Assembly (NCBI GenBank): GCA_903915535.1
Contig: CAIWTJ010000204.1
Location: forward strand, 37,863-101,862
Length of the DNA: 64,000 bases
Origin: Enhydrobacter aerosaccus
GTDB lineage: Bacteria; Pseudomonadota; Alphaproteobacteria; Reyranellales; Reyranellaceae
Reading direction: 5' to 3'
Shown piece by piece: positions 36,442 through 45,707 of this stretch. The translations under genes and the position numbers were made by a program. The notes below the pieces were generated by a model that saw nothing but the letters and a program-made list of their open reading frames with translations, was not told the DNA's origin and searched no databases. Numbering within the stretch: the first letter of the stretch is position 1; each line of letters opens with the position of its first letter.

Positions 36442-36885
36442 TTAGGACTTCGGCTCCAGCCAGTCGTGTTCGAGCGTCCGCATCCGGCCGGTGATCGCGA
36501 AGAGAAAGGCTGTCGACCAGCCGAACAGCAGCAGGCCGTTGGCCCCCTCGATGGCGCCGAACAGTCGCCAGCGGTGATCGAGCACGACGTCGCCATAGCC
36601 GATCGTCGTGAAGCTGGTCGTCGAGAAATAGAGCGCCGATTCGAAATCGGACAGCGCCCCGATGGTGAGGTAGGCGAAGGCGTAGGACCAGATCTCGACC
36701 GTATGGATCGCGACCAGCCCCAGCACGACGAACAGGATCGCCGCGCCCTGGCCCGTCCACTTCTCGTGGGCACGAAAGCGATGGCCGCTGCGGCGCAGCA
36801 GCCAGATCAACCCCAGCAGTCCGATGAAATGAATCGTGACCGTCAGTCCCACCATGAACGTGGCAAGAAAGAAGTTCGCGATCAT
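36442..36885 (-). CDS. small potassium-channel family protein (Ion_trans_2, TTIGYGD filter)
   Basis: Last 147 aa of ORF 36442..38163. Three hydrophobic helices, a pore helix and the selectivity filter FTTIGYGD. The ATG overlaps the ADH stop (ATGA). No RCK or ligand domain. Confidence 0.8.
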   Translation of the reverse strand: MIANFFLATFMVGLTVTIHFIGLLGLIWLLRRSGHRFRAHEKWTGQGAAILFVVLGLVAIHTVEIWSYAFAYLTIGALSDFESALYFSTTSFTTIGYGDVVLDHRWRLFGAIEGANGLLLFGWSTAFLFAITGRMRTLEHDWLEPKS

Positions 36886-38012
36886 CCGTGCGGCACCAGG
36901 ATCTGGCGCACCGTGGCCACGTCCTGCAGGCGATCGAAGCCTTCGTTCAGCTCGTCGAAGCCGATGCGCTTGCTCACCATGCGATCGACCGGCAGCTTGC
37001 CCTGCTGATAGAGCGCGATGAAGCGCGGGATGTCGCGCACCGGCACGCAGCTTCCCATGTAGGAGCCTTTGATCGTCTTCTCCTCGCTCACCAGCTGGCT
37101 CTGCTTGAAGGAGAAATCCGCGGCGATCGGCGACAGGCCCGCCGTCACCGTCGTGCCGCCCCAGCGCGTGACGAGATAGGCCGTCTCCATCGCCTTGATG
37201 GTGCCCGCGAGATCGAAGGCGTAGTCGACGCCGCCGTTGGTGAGATCGCGCACCTGCTTGATATGGTCGGCGTCCCTGGCGTTCACCGTGTCGGTGGCGC
37301 CGAGCTGGCGCGCGAGACCGAGCTTGTCGTCGCTGAGGTCGATGGCGACGATGCGGCTCGCGCCCGCCAGCACCGCGCCCAGCAGGCCCGAAAGGCCGAC
37401 GCCGCCCAGGCCCACGATGGCCACCGTGCTGCCGGGCTGGATCTGGGCGGTGTTCACGACGGCGCCCACGCCCGTCACGACAGCGCAGCCGAACAGCGCC
37501 GCGACGTCGAGCGGCAGGCTCTTGTCGATCACGACGATCGAACCGCGGTCGACCACGGCATATTCCGCGTAGCACGACACGCCGGAATGATGGTTCACCG
37601 GCTTGCCGTCGAGATGCAGGCGATGATGGCCCGACAGCAGCTGTCCCGCCGCCCGCGGCGTGATCGAGCGTTCGCAGATATAGGGACGGCCCTCGAGGCA
37701 GCGCCGGCAGCGGCCGCAGCTCACGTTGAACGTGAAGCAAACATGGTCGCCCTTCTTCACGTCGTGCACGCCCGGGCCGACCTCGACGATCTCGCCCGCG
37801 CCCTCGTGGCCGAGCACGATCGGCACCGGGCGCGGCCGGTCGCCGTTGATCAACGACAGGTCGGAGTGGCAGAGCCCGCCGCCGCCCACCTTGACCAGAA
37901 CCTCGCCCTCGCCCGGCGGATCGAGATCCACCTCGACGACGTGGATTGGCCTCGACTTGGCGAACGGCCGCGGCGCACCGCACACGGTCAGGATGGCGGC
38001 TTTCATTTTCAT
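36882..38012 (-). CDS. zinc-dependent alcohol dehydrogenase
   Basis: 376 aa. GLCHSDL, GHEGAGEIVEVG, the CGRCRRCLEG structural-Zn motif and the GLGGVGLS NAD motif. Confidence 0.9.
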   Translation of the reverse strand: MKMKAAILTVCGAPRPFAKSRPIHVVEVDLDPPGEGEVLVKVGGGGLCHSDLSLINGDRPRPVPIVLGHEGAGEIVEVGPGVHDVKKGDHVCFTFNVSCGRCRRCLEGRPYICERSITPRAAGQLLSGHHRLHLDGKPVNHHSGVSCYAEYAVVDRGSIVVIDKSLPLDVAALFGCAVVTGVGAVVNTAQIQPGSTVAIVGLGGVGLSGLLGAVLAGASRIVAIDLSDDKLGLARQLGATDTVNARDADHIKQVRDLTNGGVDYAFDLAGTIKAMETAYLVTRWGGTTVTAGLSPIAADFSFKQSQLVSEEKTIKGSYMGSCVPVRDIPRFIALYQQGKLPVDRMVSKRIGFDELNEGFDRLQDVATVRQILVPHG

Positions 38013-38756
38013 CTAGGCGATTCCTCCATCGACACGAACGATCGAGCCCGTGGTGAAACTCGACTGGCTCGACGCCAGATAAAGCGCGGCGGTGACGATC
38101 TCTTCCGGCCGGCCGCTGCGCTGCAGCGCCGCCGTCGCATTCTTCTTGTGCTCCTCCGGCCATGCCTTGCTGACATCGGTGAGAAAGCGGCCGGGCGAGA
38201 TGGTGTTCACCCGCACCTTGGGGCCGTACTCGAAGGCGAAGGCCTCGGTGACGGCGTTGAGCGCGGCCTTGGCGCCGGCATAGGGCGCGATCTGCGGCCG
38301 GGGCCTGAGCGCGCCGGCGCTGGAAATATTGATGATCGAACCGCCCTCGCCCGCCGCCATGCGGCTGCCGACCAGCGACATCAGGCGGAACGGCCCCTTG
38401 AAGTTCAGCGCCACGATGCGGTCGAACAGGCTCTCCGGCGTGTCGAGCGATGACGGTGCGAGCGGCGAGGAGCCGGCGTTGTTGACCAGGATGTCGACCT
38501 TGCCGAAGGCCGCATAGGCCGCCTCGACCAGCCCGTCGAGCTCCGGCCAGTTACCGACGTTACACGCACGGGCCACGGCCTTCCGGCCCATCGCCCTCAC
38601 CTCGGCCGCGACTTTCTCGCACGCCTCATGCTTTCGGCTGGTGATAAAGACGTCGGCGCCGTGGGCCGCAAAAGCCTTCACCATCTGGTACCCGAGGCCT
38701 CGGCTGCCGCCGGTGACCAGCGCCACCTTGCCGGTGAGGTCGAAGAGATCGCTCAT
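38013..38756 (-). CDS. SDR-family oxidoreductase
   Basis: Last 247 aa of the 1420-aa ORF 38013..42275. TGGSRGLG, NNAG and YAGAK motifs. The remainder of that ORF is antisense to the DUF2126 gene. Confidence 0.9.
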   Translation of the reverse strand: MSDLFDLTGKVALVTGGSRGLGYQMVKAFAAHGADVFITSRKHEACEKVAAEVRAMGRKAVARACNVGNWPELDGLVEAAYAAFGKVDILVNNAGSSPLAPSSLDTPESLFDRIVALNFKGPFRLMSLVGSRMAAGEGGSIINISSAGALRPRPQIAPYAGAKAALNAVTEAFAFEYGPKVRVNTISPGRFLTDVSKAWPEEHKKNATAALQRSGRPEEIVTAALYLASSQSSFTTGSIVRVDGGIA

Positions 38757-38792
38757 TTCCCACCCATGGGGCCGACTCAAGACGTTTGACGC

Positions 38793-38808
38793 TGGCATGT
38801 CACTTGCT
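38793..38808 (+). promoter_or_regulatory. candidate sigma-54 (-24/-12) promoter
   Basis: TGGCATgtcacTTGCT, compared with the consensus TGGCAC-N5-TTGCW. GG-N10-GC spacing is correct. It is oriented toward the DUF2126 gene, whose ATG is about 50 nt downstream. Confidence 0.4.
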
Positions 38809-38855
38809 AAGTGTATTGTGGAGCGAAACACACTGCCGGGCGTGAGCAGACCATA

Positions 38856-41800
38856 ATGAGCATACACGTCGCCCTCCATCATCGGACGACCTACACCTAC
38901 GACCGGCTGGTCGCCTTGGGTCCTCAGATCGTGCGCCTGCGTCCGGCGCCACACAGCCGCACGCCGATCCTGTCCTATTCGCTGACGGTCGAGCCCAAGG
39001 AACACTTCATCAACTGGCAACAGGATCCGCAGGGCAACTATCTCGCCCGGCTGGTGATCCCCGAGAAGACGAAGAAGTTCGAGGTCACGATCGACCTCGT
39101 GGCCGACATGGCCGTCACCAACCCGTTCGATTTCTTCCTGGAACCCGAGGCCGAAAGCTACCCCTTTGCCTACGACGCCTCGCTCACCGAGGAGATCGCG
39201 CCCTTTCGCAAGGTCGACGCGCCGGGGCCGCTGCTGCAGGCGTGGCTGGCGAAAGTCGATCGCAAGACGAAAGTGCGCACCATCGATTTCCTGGTCGGCC
39301 TCAACGCGCGCCTGCAACAGGAGATCGGCTACATCGTCCGGCTGGAGCCCGGCATCCAGACCTTCGAGAAGACACTCGAGAGCGCCAAAGGCTCGTGCCG
39401 CGACACCGGCTGGCTGCTGGTCGCGATCCTGCGACATCTGGGGTTCGCCGCGCGCTTCGCCTCCGGTTACCTGATCCAGCTCAAGCCCGACGAGAAGCCG
39501 CTCGAGGGACCCGAGGGGCCGACCGGCGACTTCACCGATCTCCACGCCTGGTGCGAAGTCTATCTGCCCGGCGCCGGATGGATCGGGCTCGATCCGACCT
39601 CCGGCCTGCTGGCGGGCGAAGGCCATATTCCGCTGGCCTGCACGCCCGAACCGTCGAGCGCCGCGCCGATCGAGGGCGCCGTCGAGAAGAGCGAAGTCGA
39701 GTTCGAGCACGAAATGTCGGTGAGCCGCGTGCGCGAGACGCCGCGCACCACCCGGCCCTACACCGACGAGCAGTGGAAGACGCTGCTGTGCACCGGCCAG
39801 AAGATCGAGCGCGACATAAGGAAGAACGACCTGCGCCTCACCATGGGCGGCGAACCGACCTTCGTGTCGATCGACGATATGGATGGTGCCGAGTGGAACA
39901 CGCTGGCGCTCGGCCCGGAGAAGCGACGCCTCGCGGGCGTCCTCTTCCGCAAGCTCGCCGACCGCTTCGCAAAGGGCCCGCTGCTGCACTTCGGCCAGGG
40001 CAAGTGGTACCCCGGAGAACAGCTGCCGCGCTGGGCGCTCAGCTGCCATTGGCGCAAGGACGGCGAGAAGATCTGGCGCGACCCCGCGCTCGTGGCCCTC
40101 GAGTCCAAGCCCAGCGGCGCCACGGCCGAGACGGCCAATCGCTTCGCCGCGGCACTCACCGAACGCCTGCAGCTCGATCCCGGCTATCTCTTCGAGGCCT
40201 TCGAGGACACCTGGTACTACCTGTGGCGCGAGCGGCGGCTGCCGAGCAACGTCGAAGTCGACGCCAACAAGGCCAGGGACGCGATGGAACGCGCCCGCAT
40301 CTCCAAGATCTTCGAGAAGGGTCTCGAGACGCCGGCCGGCACGGTGTTGCCGATCGCGCGCGTGCACAACGGCCGCGGCAGATGGCGCAGCGGGCTTTGG
40401 TTCCTGCGCTCGGAGAAGTGCTACCTGATCCCGGGCGATTCGCCGCTGGGCTACCGCCTGCCGCTCGACTCGCTGCCGTGGGCGGCGCCCGCCGACACGG
40501 ATGTCATCGCCGAGCCGGATCCCATGATCCAGCATCCGGCGCTGCCGCCGCTCGATTCGTTCCGGCGGGCGCCGCTCCTGCGCCAGCAACGGCCGGGCAT
40601 GCCGGCCGACGCCAATGGCAATGGTAAAGCCGACGGCGACGCGGCGACGCGCGAGGCTTGGAAGCGTGCGCTGGCGGCGGACCTCGCGGCCAAGCCCGGG
40701 GCCGGAACCTCGGCAGCCGGGATCGTGCGGACCGCGATGTCCTTCGAGGCACGCGACGGCCATCTGCACGTCTTCATGCCGCCGACCGAGCGCACCGAGG
40801 ACTATCTCGACCTCGTCACCGCGATCGAGGACACGGCCGAGGAACTCGGCCAGCCGGTGTTCATCGAGGGCTACGGCCCGCCCGGCGGCGACTCGCGCCT
40901 GCAGAATTTCAGCGTCACGCCCGACCCCGGCGTGATCGAGGTCAACATCCATCCGTCGGAGAGCTGGCAGGAGCTCGTCGAGAAGACCGCCATCGTCTAC
41001 GACGAGGCGCGCACGACGCGGCTCGGCGCGCAGAAATTCATGATCGACGGCCGCCACACCGGTACCGGCGGCGGCAATCACATGGTGCTGGGCGGACAGT
41101 CCGCCGCCGACTCGCCGCTCCTGCGCCGGCCCGACCTGCTGAAGAGCCTGCTCGGCTACTGGCTCAATCATCCGTCGCTGTCCTATCTCTTCTCGGGCCT
41201 GTTCATCGGTCCGACCAGCCAGCATCCGCGCATCGACGAGGCGCGCAACGACGCGCTGCACGAGCTCGAGATCGCCTTCCGCCAGGTCGAACCCGGCAAG
41301 CAGACGCCGCCGTGGCTGGTCGACCGCATCTTCCGCAACCTGCTGGTGGATGCGACCGGCAACGCGCACCGCACCGAGTTCTGCATCGACAAACTGTTCA
41401 CGCCAGACGCCGCCGCCGGCCGGCGCGGCCTGCTCGAGCTGCGCGCCTTCGAGATGCCGCCGCACTGGCAGATGAGCGTGGCGCAGCAGGCGCTGCTGCG
41501 CGGCCTGATCTCGGCCTTCTGGGACAAGCCCTACGAGAAGAAGCTGAGCCGCTGGGGCACGCGCCTGCACGACGACTTCATGCTGCCGCACTTCGTGCAG
41601 CAGGATTTCGAGGACGTGCTGGCCGATCTCGGCGCGGCAGGGTACCCGTTCGATCCGCAGTGGTTTGCGCCGCACTTCGAGTTCCGCTTCCCCCTGGTCG
41701 GCGAAGTGGCGCAGCGCGGCATCGAGATGGAACTGCGCAACGCACTCGAGCCGTGGCACGTGCTGGGCGAGGAGCCCGGCGGCGGCGGCACGGTGCGCTA

Positions 41801-42227
41801 CGTCGACAGCACCGTCGAGCGCCTGCAGGTCAAGGTCGCGGGCCTGAACGACGCGCGCCACAGCATCGCCTGCAACGGCTATCGCCTGCCGCTGCACGCG
41901 ACGGGCAATGCGGGCGAATACGTGGCGGGCGTGCGCTTTCGCGCCTGGGCGGCGCCGAATTCGCTGCATCCCACGATCGGCGTGCATGCCCCTCTCGTAT
42001 TCGACATCCATGACGGCTGGAGCGGCCGCGCGATCGGCGGCTGCACCTATCATGTGTCCCACCCGGGAGGCCGCAACTACGACAAGGTGCCGGTCAACGC
42101 CAACGAGGCCGAGGCCCGGCGCCGCGCGCGCTTCTTCCCGATCGGCCACACCGCGGGCCCGATGGAAGCCCCGCGGACGATCTACAACCCCGAACATCCC
42201 CTGACGCTCGACCTGCGCCGGGCCTAG
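38856..42227 (+). CDS. large transglutaminase-like protein (Bact_transglu_N + transglutaminase core + DUF2126-type C-terminal region)
   Basis: Internal start MSIHVALHHRTTYTYDR. Cys/His/Asp triad contexts GSCRDTGW, DLHAWCEVY and GLDPTSG. 1123 aa. Confidence 0.88.
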   Translation: MSIHVALHHRTTYTYDRLVALGPQIVRLRPAPHSRTPILSYSLTVEPKEHFINWQQDPQGNYLARLVIPEKTKKFEVTIDLVADMAVTNPFDFFLEPEAESYPFAYDASLTEEIAPFRKVDAPGPLLQAWLAKVDRKTKVRTIDFLVGLNARLQQEIGYIVRLEPGIQTFEKTLESAKGSCRDTGWLLVAILRHLGFAARFASGYLIQLKPDEKPLEGPEGPTGDFTDLHAWCEVYLPGAGWIGLDPTSGLLAGEGHIPLACTPEPSSAAPIEGAVEKSEVEFEHEMSVSRVRETPRTTRPYTDEQWKTLLCTGQKIERDIRKNDLRLTMGGEPTFVSIDDMDGAEWNTLALGPEKRRLAGVLFRKLADRFAKGPLLHFGQGKWYPGEQLPRWALSCHWRKDGEKIWRDPALVALESKPSGATAETANRFAAALTERLQLDPGYLFEAFEDTWYYLWRERRLPSNVEVDANKARDAMERARISKIFEKGLETPAGTVLPIARVHNGRGRWRSGLWFLRSEKCYLIPGDSPLGYRLPLDSLPWAAPADTDVIAEPDPMIQHPALPPLDSFRRAPLLRQQRPGMPADANGNGKADGDAATREAWKRALAADLAAKPGAGTSAAGIVRTAMSFEARDGHLHVFMPPTERTEDYLDLVTAIEDTAEELGQPVFIEGYGPPGGDSRLQNFSVTPDPGVIEVNIHPSESWQELVEKTAIVYDEARTTRLGAQKFMIDGRHTGTGGGNHMVLGGQSAADSPLLRRPDLLKSLLGYWLNHPSLSYLFSGLFIGPTSQHPRIDEARNDALHELEIAFRQVEPGKQTPPWLVDRIFRNLLVDATGNAHRTEFCIDKLFTPDAAAGRRGLLELRAFEMPPHWQMSVAQQALLRGLISAFWDKPYEKKLSRWGTRLHDDFMLPHFVQQDFEDVLADLGAAGYPFDPQWFAPHFEFRFPLVGEVAQRGIEMELRNALEPWHVLGEEPGGGGTVRYVDSTVERLQVKVAGLNDARHSIACNGYRLPLHATGNAGEYVAGVRFRAWAAPNSLHPTIGVHAPLVFDIHDGWSGRAIGGCTYHVSHPGGRNYDKVPVNANEAEARRRARFFPIGHTAGPMEAPRTIYNPEHPLTLDLRRA

Positions 42228-42291
42228 GCCAGGGAATGGGTCTGCCCGCGCCGGTAGACCCCGCCCGATTCGCATGCGAGTCTAAGGGGTT

Positions 42292-44826
42292 ATGGAAGCG
42301 TTACGCGGCCTGAAGTCCACGCCGGACAGCGCCTACGACGAGCTGGTCACCGGCCAGAAGTCGATCCGCTACCACTGGCAAGGCATCCTAAGTGTCATCC
42401 GTTCGCTGCCCAGCAGCGAGCAGGGCGGCGGCATGGCCGAACGCGTGGAAAGCGCGCGCCGGCAGCTCCAGGAATCGGGCGCCACGGTCAACCTGCTCGA
42501 CGAGCGCGGAACCCCCGGCTGGACCTTCGATCCGCTGCCCTTTGTGGTGGCGCCCGACGAATGGGAAGCCATCGAGCGCGGGCTGATCCAGCGCGCGACA
42601 CTGCTGGACGGCATGCTGGCCGATCTCTACGGGCCGCAGACCCTGCTCAAGGACAAGCTCGTGCCGCCGATGCTGGTCCACGCCAACCGGCACTTCCAGC
42701 GTGCCTGCCGGGTCACCGACGGCGCGGCACCGGCACGCCATCTCGCGCAATACGCCGTCGACCTCGTGCGTCAGGGCGACGGCCGCTGGTACGTGCTGGC
42801 CGACCATACCGAAGTGCCGTCGGGCATCGGCTATGCGCTGGAGATACGCCGCGTCCTCGCGCGCAGCCTGCCCGAAGCCTTCCGCTCGATCCCGGTGCGG
42901 CACCTGCGGCCCTTCGTCGACCGCTGGAACGAATCGCTGAGCGCCCTCGCGCCCGCCGACGTGACGCGGCCCACCATGGCGGTGCTGACTCCGGGTTCGC
43001 TCTCGTCGACCTATTTCGAGCATGTCTATCTCTCGCGCAGCCTCGGCGTGCCGCTGGTCGAGGGCGGCGATCTCGTGGCGCGCGACGGCCAGGTCTCGAT
43101 CAAGACGCTCACGGGACTGCGGCCCGTGCACGTGCTGCTGCGCCGCCTCGATTCGGCCTTCGTCGATCCGCTCGAGCTGCGCGCGGATTCGGCGCTCGGC
43201 GTCACCGGCCTGGTCGAGGCGACGCGCACCGCGCGCATTGCACTCGCCAACGCGCTGGGCTCGGGCGTCGTCGAGACGCCGGCGATGATGCCGTTCCTTG
43301 AACGGCTCTCGCAGAAGCTGCTCAACCAGAAGCTCGAGATCCCCTCGCTCGACGTGTGGTGGCTAGGCGAGCCCTCGGCCTACGCCTTCGTCATGGCCAA
43401 TCTCGACGGCATGATCGTGCGCCCGTGCCTGGGTCAGGACCGCGAGCCGATCATCGTGGGCATGCTCGAGCCCGCCGCCCGCAAGGCGCTCGAGGACAAA
43501 CTCCGCAGCCAGCCCGGGCATTACGTTGCGCAGTATCCGGTGGTGCCCTCGCTCAGCCCCAAGTGGGACGGCAAGGGCCTGGCGCCGTCCGCCGTGGTGA
43601 TGCGCTGCTTCGTGATCTCCGAAGGCTACGGCTACCGCGTGCTGCCGGGCGGTCTGGCGCGCGAGCCGATGGGCGACACGGCGCTGGCGAGCCTCGGCCG
43701 CCTGAACGGCACGCTGAAGGACGTCTGGGTGCTGACCGAGGATGCCGCCGACGTGCAGCTTCCCGCCGGTCGGCGCTTCCACCAGATCTCCGTCGACCGC
43801 GGCGGCGCCGACCTGCAAAGCCGCGCCGCCGACAATCTCTACTGGCTCGGCCGATATATCGAGCGTCTCGACAACGACGCGCGCCTGCTGCGCACCACCG
43901 TGACCCGCGTGGCCCAGGGCGCCATGGGCGCGCGCGACCTGGCCGAAGTGCGCCTGCTCGGCAAGCTGCTCGACCACGCCAACCTGATGGATGCCTCCGC
44001 GGCCCTCTCGATGCCCGAGAGCGCCGCTTTCCAGCAGGGGCTGGCGACGGTGGCGTCGGAGACCCGCGGCCTGCCCAAGATGCTCGACTCGATCCAGCGC
44101 CTGACCGGCACGCTGCGCGATCGTTTCTCGTCGGACATGAACGCCGCCGTCGGCCCGCTGCTGACGAACGTGCGCCAGAAGCTCCTGGAGGCGCGCGGCA
44201 ACCTCGATCCCCTGCTGGCAGCGCTCGACGACATCGTGCGCTTCGTCTCCACGCTCTCGGGCCTGGCGCAGGAGAACATGACGCGCGGCACCGGCTGGCT
44301 GTTCCTCGATCTCGGCCGCCGCCTCGAGCGCAGCCAGTTCGTGCTCGCCTCCGCGCTCGCCCCCTTCAACCAGTCGCCGATCGACTGGGATGCCGCGATG
44401 CGCATTGCACTCGAGCTTTGCGACAGCACCATCACCTATCGCACGCGCTATCTCGGCCAGCTTCAGCCGGCGCCCGTCCTCGATCTCGTGATGCTGGACG
44501 ATTCCAATCCGCGGGCGCTCGCCTTCCAGCTCAACGCGATCCACAGCCATCTGCAGCGGCTGGGCGAGGCGAGCGGTGCCTATGTGCCGGACGCATTGGA
44601 GGCCCTGCACGGCGACCTCGCCCGCGTCGTGCAATTGTTCGGCGGCGAAGAGCAGGCCTGGCGTCACGAAGGGCTGGCGCTCGCCATGCTGCGCGAGATT
44701 ACAGAGGACACCGAGCGGCAGATCGAAGACCTGTCCGAGGCGATCACGCGCGCCTATTTCAGCCACGTGCCGGCCGCGCAGGCGGTCGGTTCGATGAGTG
44801 GCGGCTCCATCACGGACGGGCGCTAG
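42292..44826 (+). CDS. circularly permuted ATP-grasp protein fused to an alpha-E domain
   Basis: 844 aa. The N-terminal ~480 aa resemble COG2308-type permuted ATP-grasp proteins (YDEL..RYHWQ, GSGVVETPAMMPFL). The C-terminal part has ADNLYWLGRYIERLDNDARLL, typical of alpha-E (DUF403). Confidence 0.85.
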   Translation: MEALRGLKSTPDSAYDELVTGQKSIRYHWQGILSVIRSLPSSEQGGGMAERVESARRQLQESGATVNLLDERGTPGWTFDPLPFVVAPDEWEAIERGLIQRATLLDGMLADLYGPQTLLKDKLVPPMLVHANRHFQRACRVTDGAAPARHLAQYAVDLVRQGDGRWYVLADHTEVPSGIGYALEIRRVLARSLPEAFRSIPVRHLRPFVDRWNESLSALAPADVTRPTMAVLTPGSLSSTYFEHVYLSRSLGVPLVEGGDLVARDGQVSIKTLTGLRPVHVLLRRLDSAFVDPLELRADSALGVTGLVEATRTARIALANALGSGVVETPAMMPFLERLSQKLLNQKLEIPSLDVWWLGEPSAYAFVMANLDGMIVRPCLGQDREPIIVGMLEPAARKALEDKLRSQPGHYVAQYPVVPSLSPKWDGKGLAPSAVVMRCFVISEGYGYRVLPGGLAREPMGDTALASLGRLNGTLKDVWVLTEDAADVQLPAGRRFHQISVDRGGADLQSRAADNLYWLGRYIERLDNDARLLRTTVTRVAQGAMGARDLAEVRLLGKLLDHANLMDASAALSMPESAAFQQGLATVASETRGLPKMLDSIQRLTGTLRDRFSSDMNAAVGPLLTNVRQKLLEARGNLDPLLAALDDIVRFVSTLSGLAQENMTRGTGWLFLDLGRRLERSQFVLASALAPFNQSPIDWDAAMRIALELCDSTITYRTRYLGQLQPAPVLDLVMLDDSNPRALAFQLNAIHSHLQRLGEASGAYVPDALEALHGDLARVVQLFGGEEQAWRHEGLALAMLREITEDTERQIEDLSEAITRAYFSHVPAAQAVGSMSGGSITDGR

Positions 44827-44828
44827 CG

Positions 44829-45707
44829 ATGCATTACCTGCTCTCGCACCGCACCTCGTACAGCTACGCCTCGACGGTGGATTCGGCGCAGCACATCGCG
44901 CATCTGCGCGCCCGGGCATTCCCCGGTCAGAGCGTGACCTCGATCGGCATCACGACCAGTCCGGAGCCCGCGCTCGCCGTCCAGCATGTCGACCATTTCG
45001 GCAACCTGATCGACATCTACCGTATCGACACGCCGCACACCCGTTTCGACATCGAAGTGCGCGCCGAGGTCGAGGTGCGCTTCCCCGATCCGCCGCCCGC
45101 GCAGGACACGCCGCCGTGGGAACAGGTGCGCGCGGCATTGATCGGCGGCGGCTTCCCGACGCCGATCGAGGCCAGCGAATTCGTCTACGAGTCGCCCCTG
45201 GTGCCGATCGATGCCGCGCTGCGCGAGTACGGCGCCAAGTCGTTCACGCCGGACCGGCCCATTCTCGCGGCGGCGTCCGACCTCATGAAGCGCATCAAGG
45301 CCGACTTCGAATACCATCCCGGCGCCACCGACATTTCGACACCGCTGGCCGATGTGTTCAGCGGCAAGGAAGGCGTCTGTCAGGACTTCGCCCACGTGAT
45401 GATCGCGGCCTGCCGGGCGCACGGGATCGCGGCCGGCTACGTCTCGGGGTACATCCGCACAGTCCATTCCAAGGAAGAGGCGGCGCTGCGCGGCAGCGAC
45501 GCCAGCCACGCCTGGGTCGCGGTGTGGTGCGGCGACAAGGCGGGCTGGATCCATCTCGACCCGACCAACGACCTGATCGCGAAAGAGGACCACGTCGCCG
45601 TGGCCTGGGGCCGCGACTTCTCCGACGTGAGCCCGTTGCGCGGCGTGATCCTGGGGGGCGGGAGCCACTCCTACGGCGTCGACGTGACGCTGATCCCTAC
45701 GGTTTAG
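44829..45707 (+). CDS. transglutaminase family protein (Bact_transglu_N + core)
   Basis: 292 aa, starting 2 nt after the previous stop. MHYLLSHRTSYSY N-terminal domain. Triad contexts GVCQDFAH, SHAWVAVW and HLDPTND. Confidence 0.88.
   Translation: MHYLLSHRTSYSYASTVDSAQHIAHLRARAFPGQSVTSIGITTSPEPALAVQHVDHFGNLIDIYRIDTPHTRFDIEVRAEVEVRFPDPPPAQDTPPWEQVRAALIGGGFPTPIEASEFVYESPLVPIDAALREYGAKSFTPDRPILAAASDLMKRIKADFEYHPGATDISTPLADVFSGKEGVCQDFAHVMIAACRAHGIAAGYVSGYIRTVHSKEEAALRGSDASHAWVAVWCGDKAGWIHLDPTNDLIAKEDHVAVAWGRDFSDVSPLRGVILGGGSHSYGVDVTLIPTV

Noticed and set aside
38786-38819. Sigma-70 reading of the same intergenic region (TTGACG-N16-TAAGTG, or TATTGT as the -10)
   Set aside because: The -10 candidates are weak and ambiguous. 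The overlapping sigma-54 match has exact spacing and better core identity, so only that is listed. The sigma-70 alternative is not excluded.
38757-42275. Upstream ~1170 aa of the 1420-aa minus-strand ORF 38013..42275, which would make a giant protein
   Set aside because: Only the last 247 aa form a coherent protein (an SDR with TGGSRGLG/NNAG/YAGAK and its own ATG). The remainder is Arg/Ala/Gly-rich antisense shadow of the DUF2126 gene, typical of high-GC DNA.
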